From the human T2T-CHM13v2.0 reference genome, Homo sapiens, in NCBI RefSeq assembly GCF_009914755.1, contig NC_060925.1: a DNA stretch of 64,000 nucleotides; one strand, given 5' to 3'. Shown one piece after another: positions 50,501-64,000 of this stretch. The position numbers and the translations under genes were made by a program. Under the pieces are notes generated by a model, which did no database searches, had not been told where the DNA came from, and was given only the letters and a program-made list of their open reading frames with translations. The first letter of the stretch is position 1. Every line of letters begins with the position of its first letter.

Positions 50501-51921
50501 ACTGATCACCTCTGCAGTTGACTGGAAGAGACAGTTAAAAAGATAAGTACAAATAAATGTATCTTGGGTTAAGTGCTATAAAGGAAAAGAACAGGTTCAA
50601 TGGAAGGAAAAATTAGAATTGTTGATACATGAATGGAAGTAAATGACCCGGACTTCCAACTCTAAATCTCTGTCTCATTTCACCTCTTTGTAAATAATCA
50701 TTGCTATTATGTTAAATATCACAACTACTGTCATTTCTTGTTTACCCACTACATTCTAAGCTTGGTGCTGACATCTTTGTATTTATTATATAAAATTCTC
50801 AAAATTACTCTGCCCGTTAGGCTTTCTTATCACTTATTCCAAATGCAAAAATAAGGTCCAGGGAAGATAATTATGTAACTTGTTCATGATTGGAGAGCTA
50901 ATAAGTGTCAGAGATGAATTGAACCAAAGTTGGTGTGACAAAGCCTCTGTTTTAAGCAAAAGGGAAAAAAAATTCTCATTAACTCCAAGGATTATCATCA
51001 GGAGTCCAACAGGGTTCCCAATTTGGGAACTACTATATCATTATCATATGGCAAATGGTCCACTATGTTAGATGAGAGGACAAAAAAAAAAAAAAAAGTT
51101 GGGGGAGAAACTTTGCTGTAGAGTGGGAGGGAAAAAGAGGAAGATAGTCTTCTTGCATGGGCCGTCTTATCAGCCTAGCAATAATAAACTATCACCATAG
51201 CAACAGGAAGTCTAATTGATGGCAGATGTTGAGCCACTTTAAAAGCCACGCCAACTGAATGCCAAGCTGATGCTGTAAACCTCTCTCCTCTCCCGCGGCT
51301 AGACTAATCATGCTATGGTCATATTGGAGAGACCCATCTTTCAAGGGTGGAAGAAACTCTGGACTTGGCATCAGAAGACTTGAGTCTGAGCCTCACATCT
51401 GCCCGTGCTGAGCTCTGTTGCCTTGAGCAAGTCAGTTCATCAAAAGTAGAAGATAGTTATCATTAATTTTATCATCATTATTACTACCAGTAGTAGGAAC
51501 TCTCTGAAATTCAATTTCACAATCTAAAAGATAGATAATATTTGTGTAAGCATCGTCAGAAGGTTTAAATGGAATAAAAGATGTGGAAGTGCTTAGTAAA
51601 CTATAAAGTAATTCACAAATACAAAATATTAACACCAAGAGACAGCTTGACGTGCTAGAAAGAGTTTGCATTGGCATCAGACAGATATGGCTGCTTACAG
51701 ACTGCTTCATCTGAACGCATCACTTACATGCTCAGCCTCAGTTTTCTATCAGTAAAATTTCTTAGTGTAAATCTGTAAAATGTTCTACCCATGTTACAAA
51801 CCTGTGGCTTAATTAACCTCTCTACACTTCAGTTACTCCTCTGTAAAATGGAGGTGGCACTGGCACCTCCCTCATAAGGTCGTTGTGATGATTAAGTAAG
51901 TTAATACAGGAAGAACATTTA

Positions 51922-52954
<1,033 letters not shown>

Positions 52955-53139
52955 CTATGAAGTTTTCAATGGGAAAGGGACAACCAGGACAAAGAATTGG
53001 TAGAAACCATGAGAAATATTTTCTCAGAGACCAAGGTCTCCACAGGCCAGGATTTCTCAGAGTCTTCTTCGATATATTAAAAAGTATTTCTGGAAAAAAT
53101 TAGTTTGAAAACTGCTATGATGTTCAAGATAACTAGGTG

Positions 53140-53276
53140 TCTTTTTTTTTTTTTTTTAAAGAGATGGGGTCTCAATGTGTTGCCCAGGCTGGACTCTAAT
53201 TCTGTGCCCAAGAAATCCTCCCTCCTCAGTTTTCCAGGTAGCTGGGACTATGGATGTACTTCACAGTACCCAGCTC
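53140..53276 (-). mobile_element. Fossil Alu monomer (FLAM-like)
   Basis: Single diverged monomer. TSD AACTAGG(T/C)GTCTT. Confidence 0.8.
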
Positions 53277-55619
53277 TAACTAGGCGTCTTCATAGCAAGG
53301 CATCTGTTAAGACTTTAAAATGTAAACATGCATTGTGAATCTCCCAGGTTGGATAGGCATAGAGAGTATGGTGTTTCCCAAATTTACTTGATCGAAGAAT
53401 TAGTTTTTCATGGAGCATCTTACTTTGCTAAAGTTTCAAGTACCAAAATTGGGAAATGTTGATGTAAGCCCATAGCCAAGACAATCAAGCCTTAAGCATA
53501 GTACCACAAAACAGGTTTGAAAACTCCTACTAATCCTTCCATCAATTCATGTATCTATTTAACAAATTAAAAGAGTTCTATATGTGGCAGTGACTATGTG
53601 CTAGATGGTGGAGAAACAATGACAAGCAAGACTAGTATATTCTCTACCCTCTCAGAGTTCTGGTGGGCCTACTGGGGAGAGGGAAAAGTTGCCCACTAAT
53701 TTTATTGCAATGACAAGTGAAAAGATGGAGAGGACAGGTGCCATGACACCGGGAGCAGCGGCTTCTTACCTAACCTGGTGGGTCAAGGAGAGTTTCCCAG
53801 GGAAAATAACTTCTAAGTGGAGACCCAAAGGAGGAGTTACAGCTGTAGGACACATAGGAGCTTGCAACACACTCGCCCATGCATTCCATGTTGTATCCTC
53901 ATGACAACCTTTCTTGGTAGATGCAATGAGAGTGGTAAAAGTTACTAAGTGGTCATTACGACCTAATGAGTTCCTACTCAATGAGTCAGGCACTGTGCTA
54001 GGCATCTTACAAATTTATTGCATATAATCTTGACGGCAATGAGCAGTATCCTCAGTTTACAAATGAGAAGTTGAGGCTCATGGGAGATAAGTGGTTTCCC
54101 AACCCTGTACATGTAGTTAGTACAAAACCAGGACTTTCAGATCTGCCTGATTCCAAAGCCCATTACACTGTGGTCAACCAGTGCTGGGCCTGGACCGTGG
54201 CTGGTCCATAACAGGGTTTTTACTAGTCAGAAATACGGAAGAGTAAGCAGAATGTCATGAGTTCTTCCTTAAGCTAATTTTTTTCTTCTTAAATGACATA
54301 TTATCCTGAGATGTCCCCCTCCCAACCATTTGATGTAGAAAGTCCTGTGGGTTTTTTTTTTATATATTACTTGTCAGAGAAAACTTTGAGCTTCTTCTTA
54401 GCAAAATAAAAACTTTCTAACCATATGTCAGTCTCCCAAGTCATTTTGGAAGTGTTGCCATCTATGAAATCTAAAAATCATGGAAGTTCTGTGTATGCAA
54501 CTTTCTAGAACATATTCCTTCTAAAAGTGAGAGAAATATGAACCAGCACATTGCTGTGAGTTCTGCTGGTTCAAAATTGGATGAGTTGCTGAATTCCATG
54601 GGCACCAGCAGCCAAAAATGGAGATAAAATAAGATCAAGTGTCATCTTCCAAAATGTACAGACATACCACCAGTGACATTCAGGCATTCTACGTCCTGGT
54701 TTATAGACACCCTTTTTCTAAGTTTTAATAGATACTAGAAAAGTACCTAGCATTAAACCTGGGTTTTCATGAACATTTTTCCCTAGAAAATTTTAAAAAG
54801 AAAGAAAAGTTTTTTTCCCAGGACTTAAAGAAATATTTTATGACTAATCAATACTATAGGTAGTACTTGAGAAAAGAAAATAATTGTGAAGATAGGACCT
54901 GAATTACTAAAATGTGTGAAATAGTACGATAATATGTATAAAAGTGCCTCATGCATAAAAGGCCCCAGTAAATGCTTTCTTCCTCCCTGATTCACATGGT
55001 GAGCAAGTGGCGGGGGCCCAGGACTAAACCTCATAGCATCAGACTCCCAGTCCAGTGCTCCTTCCAAGATGCCTTTCAATTGTTTTCTTTCTGTCTACCT
55101 ACCTCACACTGTGTCCTTCATCTCTCTGTCTAGCCCCCAGGAAAAGTGCAGCAAGTGCAGGTATTTCTGAAATGACGAGTGGCTCGCAAAAAGGATCTGA
55201 TGAGTGTTAATAGTAAGCAATGTGTACCTAAGAGTGTAGACACTATTAGCATTTGGAAAAATAGGAATCTGAACTGAGAACTGGAAGGGCCCTTAGAGAT
55301 CATCCCACACAAACCCTCTTTTTACAGATGAGGAAGTTGAGACCCAGAAACGGGAAGTGCTTTGTGCATGGCCAGAGAGCTCGTTGCTGATCAAACCAGG
55401 ACAAGCATCCATATGAAACACGCAAATGTAAAATTACATGAAAAAAAAAACCCTTTACCTCCAGATGTGCTGCTTTCCAGAAAAGTGGCGAGGAAATACC
55501 ACAAAAATACCTTTACTTCAAAAAATTTGAAAATGTTGAAGGTCATGCTTCATATTGTGCCAGGCAAGAGAACATTGTACATAATTGTAAATCACCATTG
55601 GAGGAGGTGGTCCTGGTTG

Positions 55620-55995
55620 TATTCTTTTGTTTGTTTGTAATACACATAACATAAAATTTATCATCTTAACCATTTTTAAGTGTACAGTTTGGTGGTATTA
55701 AGTTCATTCACATTATTGTGCAACCATCACCACCATCCATCTCCGGAACTCTTTTCATCTTGCAAAACTGAAACTTTACCCGTTAAACAATAACTCTGCA
55801 TTGCCCCCTCCCCCAACCCCTAGCAACCACCATTCTACTTTCTGTCTCTGTGAATTTAACTACTCTTTAGATACCTCATATAAGTGGAATCATACAGCAT
55901 TTGTCTTTTGTTGACTGGCTAATTGCATTTAGCATAATGTTCTCAAGGTTTATCCATGCTGTAGCACGTATCAGAATTTCCTTCCTTCTTGGTTG
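55620..55995 (-). mobile_element. Old L1 (L1MB-like) 3' fragment
   Basis: Typical L1M 3' UTR text (ACCATTTTTAAGTGTACAGTT...ATAAGTGGAATCATACAG). Confidence 0.8.
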
Positions 55996-58900
55996 TATTC
56001 TTAATGCAACATAGCTTGTTCTCTGTGATCTGCTGATTATAACCATCGTCGCTGTGAAGACTTTGGCGTGCTTAACATTTTTGTGACTTCTTTCCAGTGG
56101 GGGAAATAGATAGCTCAGTTGTGGACGATAGCAGCAATGGGAAGCAGTATTTGAGAAGAAATCAGACTCTCTTCTTCCAGTCTTTTGCAAGTAGGTGACA
56201 CAAGAGGTAAACAGAATTGCATGCTGTGCCCCTCCACATCACCCCCTATTTTCTTTGTTTCTTCTGCCCAAGGCTTCAGTCAATCAGAGAAGCAATGAGA
56301 GTTGAAGATTTTAAAAGTGGGTTTTCAAATAAGACAAGCTTGGGTTCCAGTCCTACCTCTGAAACTTACTAAATATGTGATCTTGGGTAACGTGATTGAA
56401 CTCTCTGAGCCTCAGTTCTGTAATCTGTACATAGAGATAATAATACTTTTATCAAAAAAGCATGTCTTTTTTTTCCTTCTGATTGATGAGATGCTTTCTG
56501 TATTTTTTCTGGATTTAAACATAGTTTCCAAAGTTAAAATATTAATAGTACTTTTCCCTGTCCCATTGGGTTGTTTAGAAATGTAATGTGATATATGACA
56601 TTTTGGCCTCTCTGAGATGTCTTGTTCCAGCCCAAAGATTATTAGGGAACCTCATGTCATTTGAAAGGGGAGAAAGATAATTTATTGATAAGGTTCTGCA
56701 TGTCATATGTATCATTTTTTTCTCATCAAAAACACTGAGTAGAACTCTATTATGATACTTGGTCCTTTACTTCATACTTTTCTATCTTCCCAGCTAGTCA
56801 GAACCATGCCCACCCCGCAGTTCCCACCCCTTGGTCAGTACCTAGCATTATGCCCAGAAAAACTACAGATGCTTCTTCACACTCCCCTCCAACCCCCACA
56901 CCCCCATTACCAAAGTGTTTCTATAATGCTCTGGGAATCAGCATCTCAATTCCCCCATGGCCTCATGGTTAAACATACCATTCATTTGACCTCTCAACTG
57001 TGACAAAGAAGGAAGCCTGGGTGTAGAAACTGATTTCAGCTCCCCTCTGAAGTTGGGCGTCTCTCTTTGCTGACCACTTGGGAATTTTTTTTTCTTGCTT
57101 CTGACCCACCTCTCCCCTTTCTTTTGATAAACAGGACAGCTGTCCCCAAAGGGATGAATCCATTACCTTTCACCAGAGTTGAGTTCGTTTTCCATTTCAT
57201 CTTTCTGCTTAAAGAGAAAGCCCTTTAAAAGCGCAGCGCATACATTGAGTGCGTGTACTTAATTTTTAATATGTGTGTGCCCACAGCCAAGAGAACAGAG
57301 AACCTTAAATAATAATGAAACTGAATTGTACATGTCGTATGTTTTATGTGGCACTGATTCCTAAATATGCTCCTAGCAGCCAGGTATTATTTAATACATC
57401 CCCATTAATCAAGCTGCCAAATCTAAATGAAAACCATGTTTAAATATGTTTAATAAGATTATAGCTTTTGGTTGAATATCAAACTAACATAGCTACATTT
57501 TTCCTTCCAGCCAGCTCTCATTTACTGTCTTACATTTTTACTCTGAAAGCTTTTGCACTATCAAACCAATCTTGATTATAAAACAAATTATACCACAAAC
57601 TTTTAGTATCGTGAGCTTCAGCTGAGTCCCTCAGTGTAAATGTTAGGAGAAAGAACAGTTCTGAGATTTTTTTTCTGGCTAAAAAATGATATTTTTCTTC
57701 TTCTTGGGGTGAGCCTTTGAGTTTAAAAGGAAATTAAAAATTCAATTAGAGATACTAAATTGTTTGTAGCTTCTGTATTAAATGATGTCTGCCTTTTGCA
57801 TAGTTATTGAAAGTGTTTCATATTAAATGTACTTTTTCTTTTTGACGGTTCAGGCTTCTGTTAGTTTTGCAATAGTGACACCTAGGGGCTGTAGAGAACA
57901 TTGCATGGGCTGCTAAAATCTCAAAAACAACCCCTCTGCTCTTTTGCCATGGATAGAAAAAGTATTTGTGGGTCATTGGGGCTGATGGAGAAAGAAGGCA
58001 AATGGTACCCTGGGCGAGGTAGGTTTCCAGTTCTATTTACCAGGCTTCCAATATGCAAACAAAAAAAGGAGGTAAATAAAAAGAGGTTTTTATAAAAATA
58101 AAGAACTAGCTGAACTTGGAGTAACATACAGTATTCTAGCAGATTTTTAAAGTTATTGATAAAACAACATCATATTTATTAACATGTTTAATTCTCGTTC
58201 TTATTTGCAACAGTTTGCCTGCTGTTCTTGCCTTTGTAACAGGCATGTCCCGCGTTGATTGCAGAGAAGTGATGACTGTATGTGGTGCTTTGACTTGTTC
58301 TGTGCGAATGTCTCGCTTCTCACATCTCTAATTCTTCTATTTGCCTTGTTCAATATTCTATATCCATATTCACCCTTATAAAGTTGTCATTGAGACTTTT
58401 AGCCTATTTGTTCTCTCCACTGATATCATTATTTCTTCTAGCTTCTCAGAGCCCTTACATTTTCTCCATGTTTATATGGCTTGAAGCTTTTAAATTCTTG
58501 ATCAAAGCAATCATAAATGTGTCTGTTACAAACACATTAAAATTCTTCGATTATATAAAAACTGACAAACAAGTCTTATAAAACTGTTTTTGTACTACAT
58601 TAAGTTCAAAATAGGTGGCACATGTTTAACTTTGTACACTGTAGGAATTCTAAGAATCATTTCAAAAAGAAAAAGCAAATACAGTGCACAGCAATGCATA
58701 TAATTCTTATAGATGAGTATTATCTATCTGTCATATCTCTCTGTAAATAATGATGGTGACAATGATGATAGGCAAAGTTTATTGATGTTTTTTATATGCC
58801 AAGCACTGTTCTAACCACTTTGCATGAATTAACTCAGTCACCATGGGACAGGAACTGTTATTATCCCAATTTTTACCCACATTCACAGAATGCTTCTGTG

Positions 58901-60373
58901 TTCCAACAAGGAAACTTCAACAAAGTAGTGCATGAGCTTATCACAGGTCGTGTGCAATAAGAGTTTATGTTATTAGTTTTTCCTTGAACTGCTTGGGAGT
59001 CAGTGTCACTTTTCTTAGCCCCATTAGCCTGCCCTCCCTTTGGAGTGTGCACGTCTCCTTTACTGTCTGATACCTGTCTGCTTTCCTCACTGAGTGCCTC
59101 TAGCTTTGTCTAGCAACACCTGCCCTCATAGAACTTACATTCAGTTGGGAAGATCCTAAGAAACAGCAATCACAACAAGTAATATTGATTTCAGGTAACA
59201 AGAAATGTTACAAAAGAAAGCAAAGTGATATCAGGGAGCAAAAATGGAATGACAGACTGGGTGTGAAGGGCTGGCTTTGTGAGCAGGAGAGAGGCCCTCC
59301 TGAGGAAGGGATGTTCGTGGTGAGTCCCAAATGACAGAAAGGACAGCAAGTGCAAAGGCCCTGGAGTGGGAATGAATTGAACATGTGTGAAGGAAAGCAA
59401 AAAAAGCAGGGAGGCTGGAATGTGTTGAGTAAGGAGAATACTGTGGGGCTCCTCTCTCTTTCCTTTCTCTGCTGCCAACACTTGTGTTTTCTGTCTCAGA
59501 CTCTAGTTTCACTGAATTCAAAGAAATGGTTTGGAATTGCAAAATCCTGAGATGTCATCCACTGGGAGTGCTGGGGATAGGGGGACACGTGCAAGAGAAT
59601 TGGCCTAAGAAAGGTTATACCCTGAGTATCTTCCATATATACCCATAGCCCCACACATTTTTATCTTGCAAAGTCAGTTAAGATGAACATAAGGCAGAAG
59701 TGGAATCCCAGCACAGTTCATCCTCAGTGCTCCACAGCACGGAACAGACCTTGGATATCGTACTTCACACAAGTTTGGTGACTCTTTTTTTATGTCTGCC
59801 TCTCCACTAGACTGGAAATTGACTGAGGACAGAGCTTATGTCATAATCATTCTTCAGTCATTTTTCTTTCTTGCATTCATTTTATCAGTAAATGCTTCTT
59901 GAGTGCCATCTGTGTGCCAACCACTCGTACTAGGCCCATCTATCTCTGCTTGGATAAAATTCCAAGCAAGAAAGATACAGTCCCTGCTCTCAAGTTTCCA
60001 ACAGTATTGCAGAAGAGGCATACCATAAAATAGCATCATACAGTGTGCTATGCCTCAGCTTTGGGGAGGCAGAGAAAATGTTCCAAAGGAAGTGACAGTT
60101 GAGTCCAGTCAGGACTTGGAAGTATAAATAAAGGCGAGTATATGTCTGTATGTGTGTGTGTTTCTGTGTGTTTGGAGAGGGGTATGCATGTGTAGTGGGC
60201 CCGAGATGGGAGAGAATGTGTGCAGAATTTTAAACCTTGGGAACAAAGGATTCATGAACTCAGAGGTGAACTCAACTGTGTACTGGATGAAAATGTGAAT
60301 GAATGAGTACATGAATGTATAAATGAATGAATCAGTGAGTGAGTTTTTCAGAGGCAGCTCATGAAATGGAGAT

Positions 60374-60711
60374 TGTATTAGCGTGTTTTTACACTGCTAT
60401 AAAGATACTACCTGAGACTGAGTAGTTTAAAAACAAAAAAAGGTTTAACTGACTCACTGTTCTGCATGACTTACAGTCATGGTGGAGGGTGAAGGGGAAG
60501 CAGGCACCTTCTTTACAAGGCGGTAGGAGAGAGAGAGCAGGGGAAACTGCCATATTAAAACCATCAGCTCTCGTGAGAACTCCCTCACTACCATGAGAAC
60601 AGCATGATGGAAACAGCCCCCATGATCCAATCACCTCTCACCAGGTTCCTCCCTCAACATACGGGGATTACAATTCGAGGTGAGATTTGGATGGGGAGAC
60701 AAACTATATCA
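60374..60711. mobile_element. MaLR solo LTR (MSTA/THE1-like)
   Basis: TGTATTAG...TATATCA termini with near-perfect 5-bp TSD GAGAT/GAGGT. Confidence 0.85.
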
Positions 60712-62759
60712 GAGGTATAAAGCCAAAAGGCATTTTTATTAATTTACCCTGAGAAATCACTATTCCAAATTCTGCCCATTATTTCCATGTAGGCAGACTC
60801 ATATGGAGACCTATATCTTTATCAAAAATGTGCTTGTCAAGTAGATTATTCAGTGACTTATTGGGAGAAAAGGCTAGGCATTCATCTTATTGTAGGGATG
60901 GCTTTATCAATGGAACTGCATATAGCTGATGGCCAATATTCATCTTTATCCTGAACATTGCTTAGATGAGAACTATGGGGTAAACAAATGAGTGAAAAAA
61001 ATAAGTTAAAATGTCAAGGGTGTTCATAGAAGAGAGAGAGGCTGTTAATGTGGTCTAGATGCCAGAGGTGGAGAGCTGGCTTGGAAAGTAGGGACTAGAT
61101 TCTAGTCTTTGCTGTACTACTCTCTTGTGTGACATTGAGCAACTAGCCATCTTCAAACCCGTAAAGTGGAACTATGCCAGGCAATGTCTAAATTTAGTCT
61201 CTATCAGCTCTAGAATTTTGTGTTCATCTTAGTTATACCTGCTGAGGAGGGAGAGGTATTGAATGTGTATGGACACCAGCTGGGCAGCTTCCTCATGGTC
61301 CCTGGATGACAGCTTTGTCCTGGGGCACTCAATCCTCCAGAGTACCTTAAGAAGCTGTCCTAATCTGCCATACACTTGGGAGGGTTCTGGCTGTTAACCA
61401 CCTATGTTGGACACACTGCTGCTATTCTCCTTCCCCACTTTTATCTGTTATTCTAAAGTGATCTGAGAATTTGGCTATTCCTGATGTTGCCTTTTCTTAT
61501 ACTCCACGTAGGGAGCCTCTGCTCAGAGGGTTATTCGTAAAAATTAATGAGATACATGTAAAGCAGCCAGAACAGTACCTGGCACATGAAAAATAGTTTA
61601 ATACTATTTGTCATAATTATTCCTGCAGCCCTTCATTGTTGCCTTTCTTCCTCAGGTATTTTCTGCCTTGTTCTCCAACAAGCACAAGGGATACAGGGGT
61701 AAATAGGATACCATCTCTGTGCTGAGGGGTTTTGTCCAGTGCTATTTACTGAGTGCCTTCCATGTGCCAGGCACTAAGGTTAAATCATTAAGCCCCCACC
61801 ACAATCCATTGCAATACTCATTATACCCATTTCATCTTCCAGGAAAGTGCATCCCAGAACAGAAAAGTCATGTGACATTCCCAGCATCACACAATTAGTA
61901 AATGGCAAAGTTGGAATTGGAGCTCCAGTCTCACAGACTCCAAATCCAGTGTTCTTTCCACCATGTCACCCAGCTACCACAAGGCTGCCATTGCACAGTT
62001 TTGAAAGGACAAAGAAGCAGCAGTGCATGATGGAAGTCAGCATAATGGGAAATAAGCTCTCCTTCCCTGGGCATCTACTTCTAACTTGCAGAAGAATAGG
62101 AAGGCTAGTCTTGTGAGCCCAGCTCCCAGCAGTCCTTGCTTTAGCCCATCTGAAAAGGATCTGTCTTTAAAAGCAAGGAGCCAGAAAAAATAATTCATAC
62201 TAAAAACAAACTCTGTCATGAGTCATTTGACTTTGCTTTCCCCTGAACACATAGTTTATGTCTTGGGTGAGCTAAGGCTAAAGGAACATCTGATATGTTT
62301 TAGGCTAGCAGAGCCATTATTTAAGGAACTTCACATCCAATGTGCGCCCATTGGACCCTATGGTTTAAATCAAGTCTTCTGCTTATGGGGCCTGACAATT
62401 TGTTATTCTTGTTGTAGTTGTATTGGAGTGTGATTGTGTACATGTTTTATCAAGATGACAAGAATCACTCTGGTTCATGATTCAAAAGTTCTCAGGCTGT
62501 TGAACTAGCCTATGCAGTAGTTACTCTGAGTATGTGCGCTAGACAGGAATGTGTATATGTGCGCACATGTTCAGATGTGTGAGCACTTACAGAAAGAGAA
62601 GAGAATGAGAGAAAGGCGGATTCCAGCTGAGCATCTTACCATTCCTATCAGCAGAAGAGCGACCCAGCCCTGGGGCTGGGTCAGAGGATTTCTCAATCCT
62701 GGGAGAACAGCAGATAACCCCGAGCACAAAGCAAGTGTTTCTGTCTCTGTTGCCAACTT

Positions 62760-63770
62760 GCTTTTCTTTAGATCATTGAAAAATGACAGGAATACACTTA
62801 CTCTGTAAAAGCACGAACAATGTAGGAATATATAGAGTAAAAGCAAAAGGCACAAACCTCTCCTGATCCCAAAAGTAATCACTATTATGCGTTTTGTATG
62901 TCTGTCTTACATTTTTTATGTATTCACAGACATATATATACACATATATATCATATAGTAGAGATTGTATAATAGAATACTATACTGTTTAAATAGTAGA
63001 GGATGAAAAAGAGATAACTTTTTTTATCTACAAGATACTTTGGAATATATTAATACATATAAAGCTGCCCCATGTCTATTACATGCTGACAGTAATTCCA
63101 GAATCTGCATATATAAAAAACTGTTTAACCAATGTGTTGATAGACCTTTAGGTAGTTTCTAGTGTTTAGCTGTTACAGAGACACAAAGATTATTGTTGGT
63201 GTAGTTCTTTATATACAAATATGAGGACTTCTTTTAGAGAAATACAAAAAAAAAGTGGAATTTCTAGTGGAAGGATTTGTGCATTTAAAATTTTGTTAGC
63301 TGTGGCCAAAATGTCCTCCAAAAAAGCTGTCCCAATTCGTATTCCTGCCAATGATGTCCCTGTGCCTTTGCCAATGCTGGATATTGTCAGTTGTTTAATA
63401 TTTTTTGCCAATTTTCGGGCAGAAAATGACTGCTCATTGTTCTTTTCCTTTGCCTTTCCCCATTACTAGTAAGAATGAACATTCTCTTTATACCCATCAA
63501 GTACTTTTCTGTTAATGGCCTATTAATATCTTTTCTTCATTTTCCTATAGGGTTGTTTGTCCTTTCCTCATTGATTTAGAGGAGTTCTTTATCTGCTCTA
63601 CATACCAATTCTTTATCTATCATTACATACTGAAGACATTCTTATAGTATGTCCCTTCTTATCTACCTTTGCTTACAATATCTGGTACCGGAGTTTTAAA
63701 ACTTCATAAACTTTTATCTGTGAATCTCTTTATGACATCAGAATTTCTTGGAAATGTTCCCTTTAAACTA
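62760..63770 (-). mobile_element. Highly diverged L1 (L1ME-like) fragment
   Basis: Residual L1 ORF2 C-terminal/3' UTR-like text. Boundaries approximate. Confidence 0.55.
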
Positions 63771-63810
63771 TTTCTTTACTTGAAGCTGTGTTTTTCAGAC
63801 TGATAATGTT

Positions 63811-63875
63811 TTAGACTTTTATGTGCCCAAGAGTAAACTTTTATGTGCCCAAGTGTTTTAGACTTTTATGTGCGC
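63811..63875. repeat. Short tandem repeat, three copies of ACTTTTATGTGC(C/G)CA
   Basis: Direct inspection, period ~22-25 bp. Confidence 0.85.
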
Positions 63876-64000
63876 AGTAAGGACTGAGGAGGTGAGTGTT
63901 TTACCAAGGGCAAAGCTGAGATCAGAACATACCAGGCTGGCAGGTCCCTGTGTTTGTTAAAGACATTCTTAGTAATTTTATCATTAATTATGGGGAAATT

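Noticed and set aside
50055-51100. Long T tract with downstream AG and an A-run at ~51082, resembling a retrocopy or exon
   Set aside because: No ORF, TSD or recognisable parent gene found.
63811-63875. Repeat-spacer-like pattern (also 15924-16107)
   Set aside because: Eukaryotic intron with only 2-3 units, no unique spacers and no cas genes. These are simple tandem duplications, not CRISPR.

Overview
Primate, almost certainly human, genomic DNA lying entirely inside the FGGY gene (FGGY carbohydrate kinase domain containing / D-ribulokinase), which is transcribed on the + strand. Three internal coding exons (18666-18740, 25731-25851, 32484-32578) have canonical AG/GT sites and splice into one continuous frame. 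The rest is intron rich in Alu, L1, L2/MIR, LTR and Tigger repeats. The most notable structure is a full-length, TSD-flanked L1PA2-type LINE-1 (6193-12224, - strand) about 6.4 kb upstream of the first exon. Its ORF1 and ORF2 are broken, but its antisense ORF0 (71 aa) and splice donors are intact and point into the FGGY 3' exons. Donor/acceptor phase analysis predicts an in-frame ORF0-FGGY fusion, a long Cys-rich alternative-frame neo-ORF and an N-truncated FGGY peptide. A sense-strand poly(A) signal inside the L1 completes a 'gene-breaking' layout. The L1 also looks mosaic, with an older ORF2 segment. Most ORFs in the supplied track are repeat-derived or random. Repeat subfamily calls come from recalled consensus features and were not computed.
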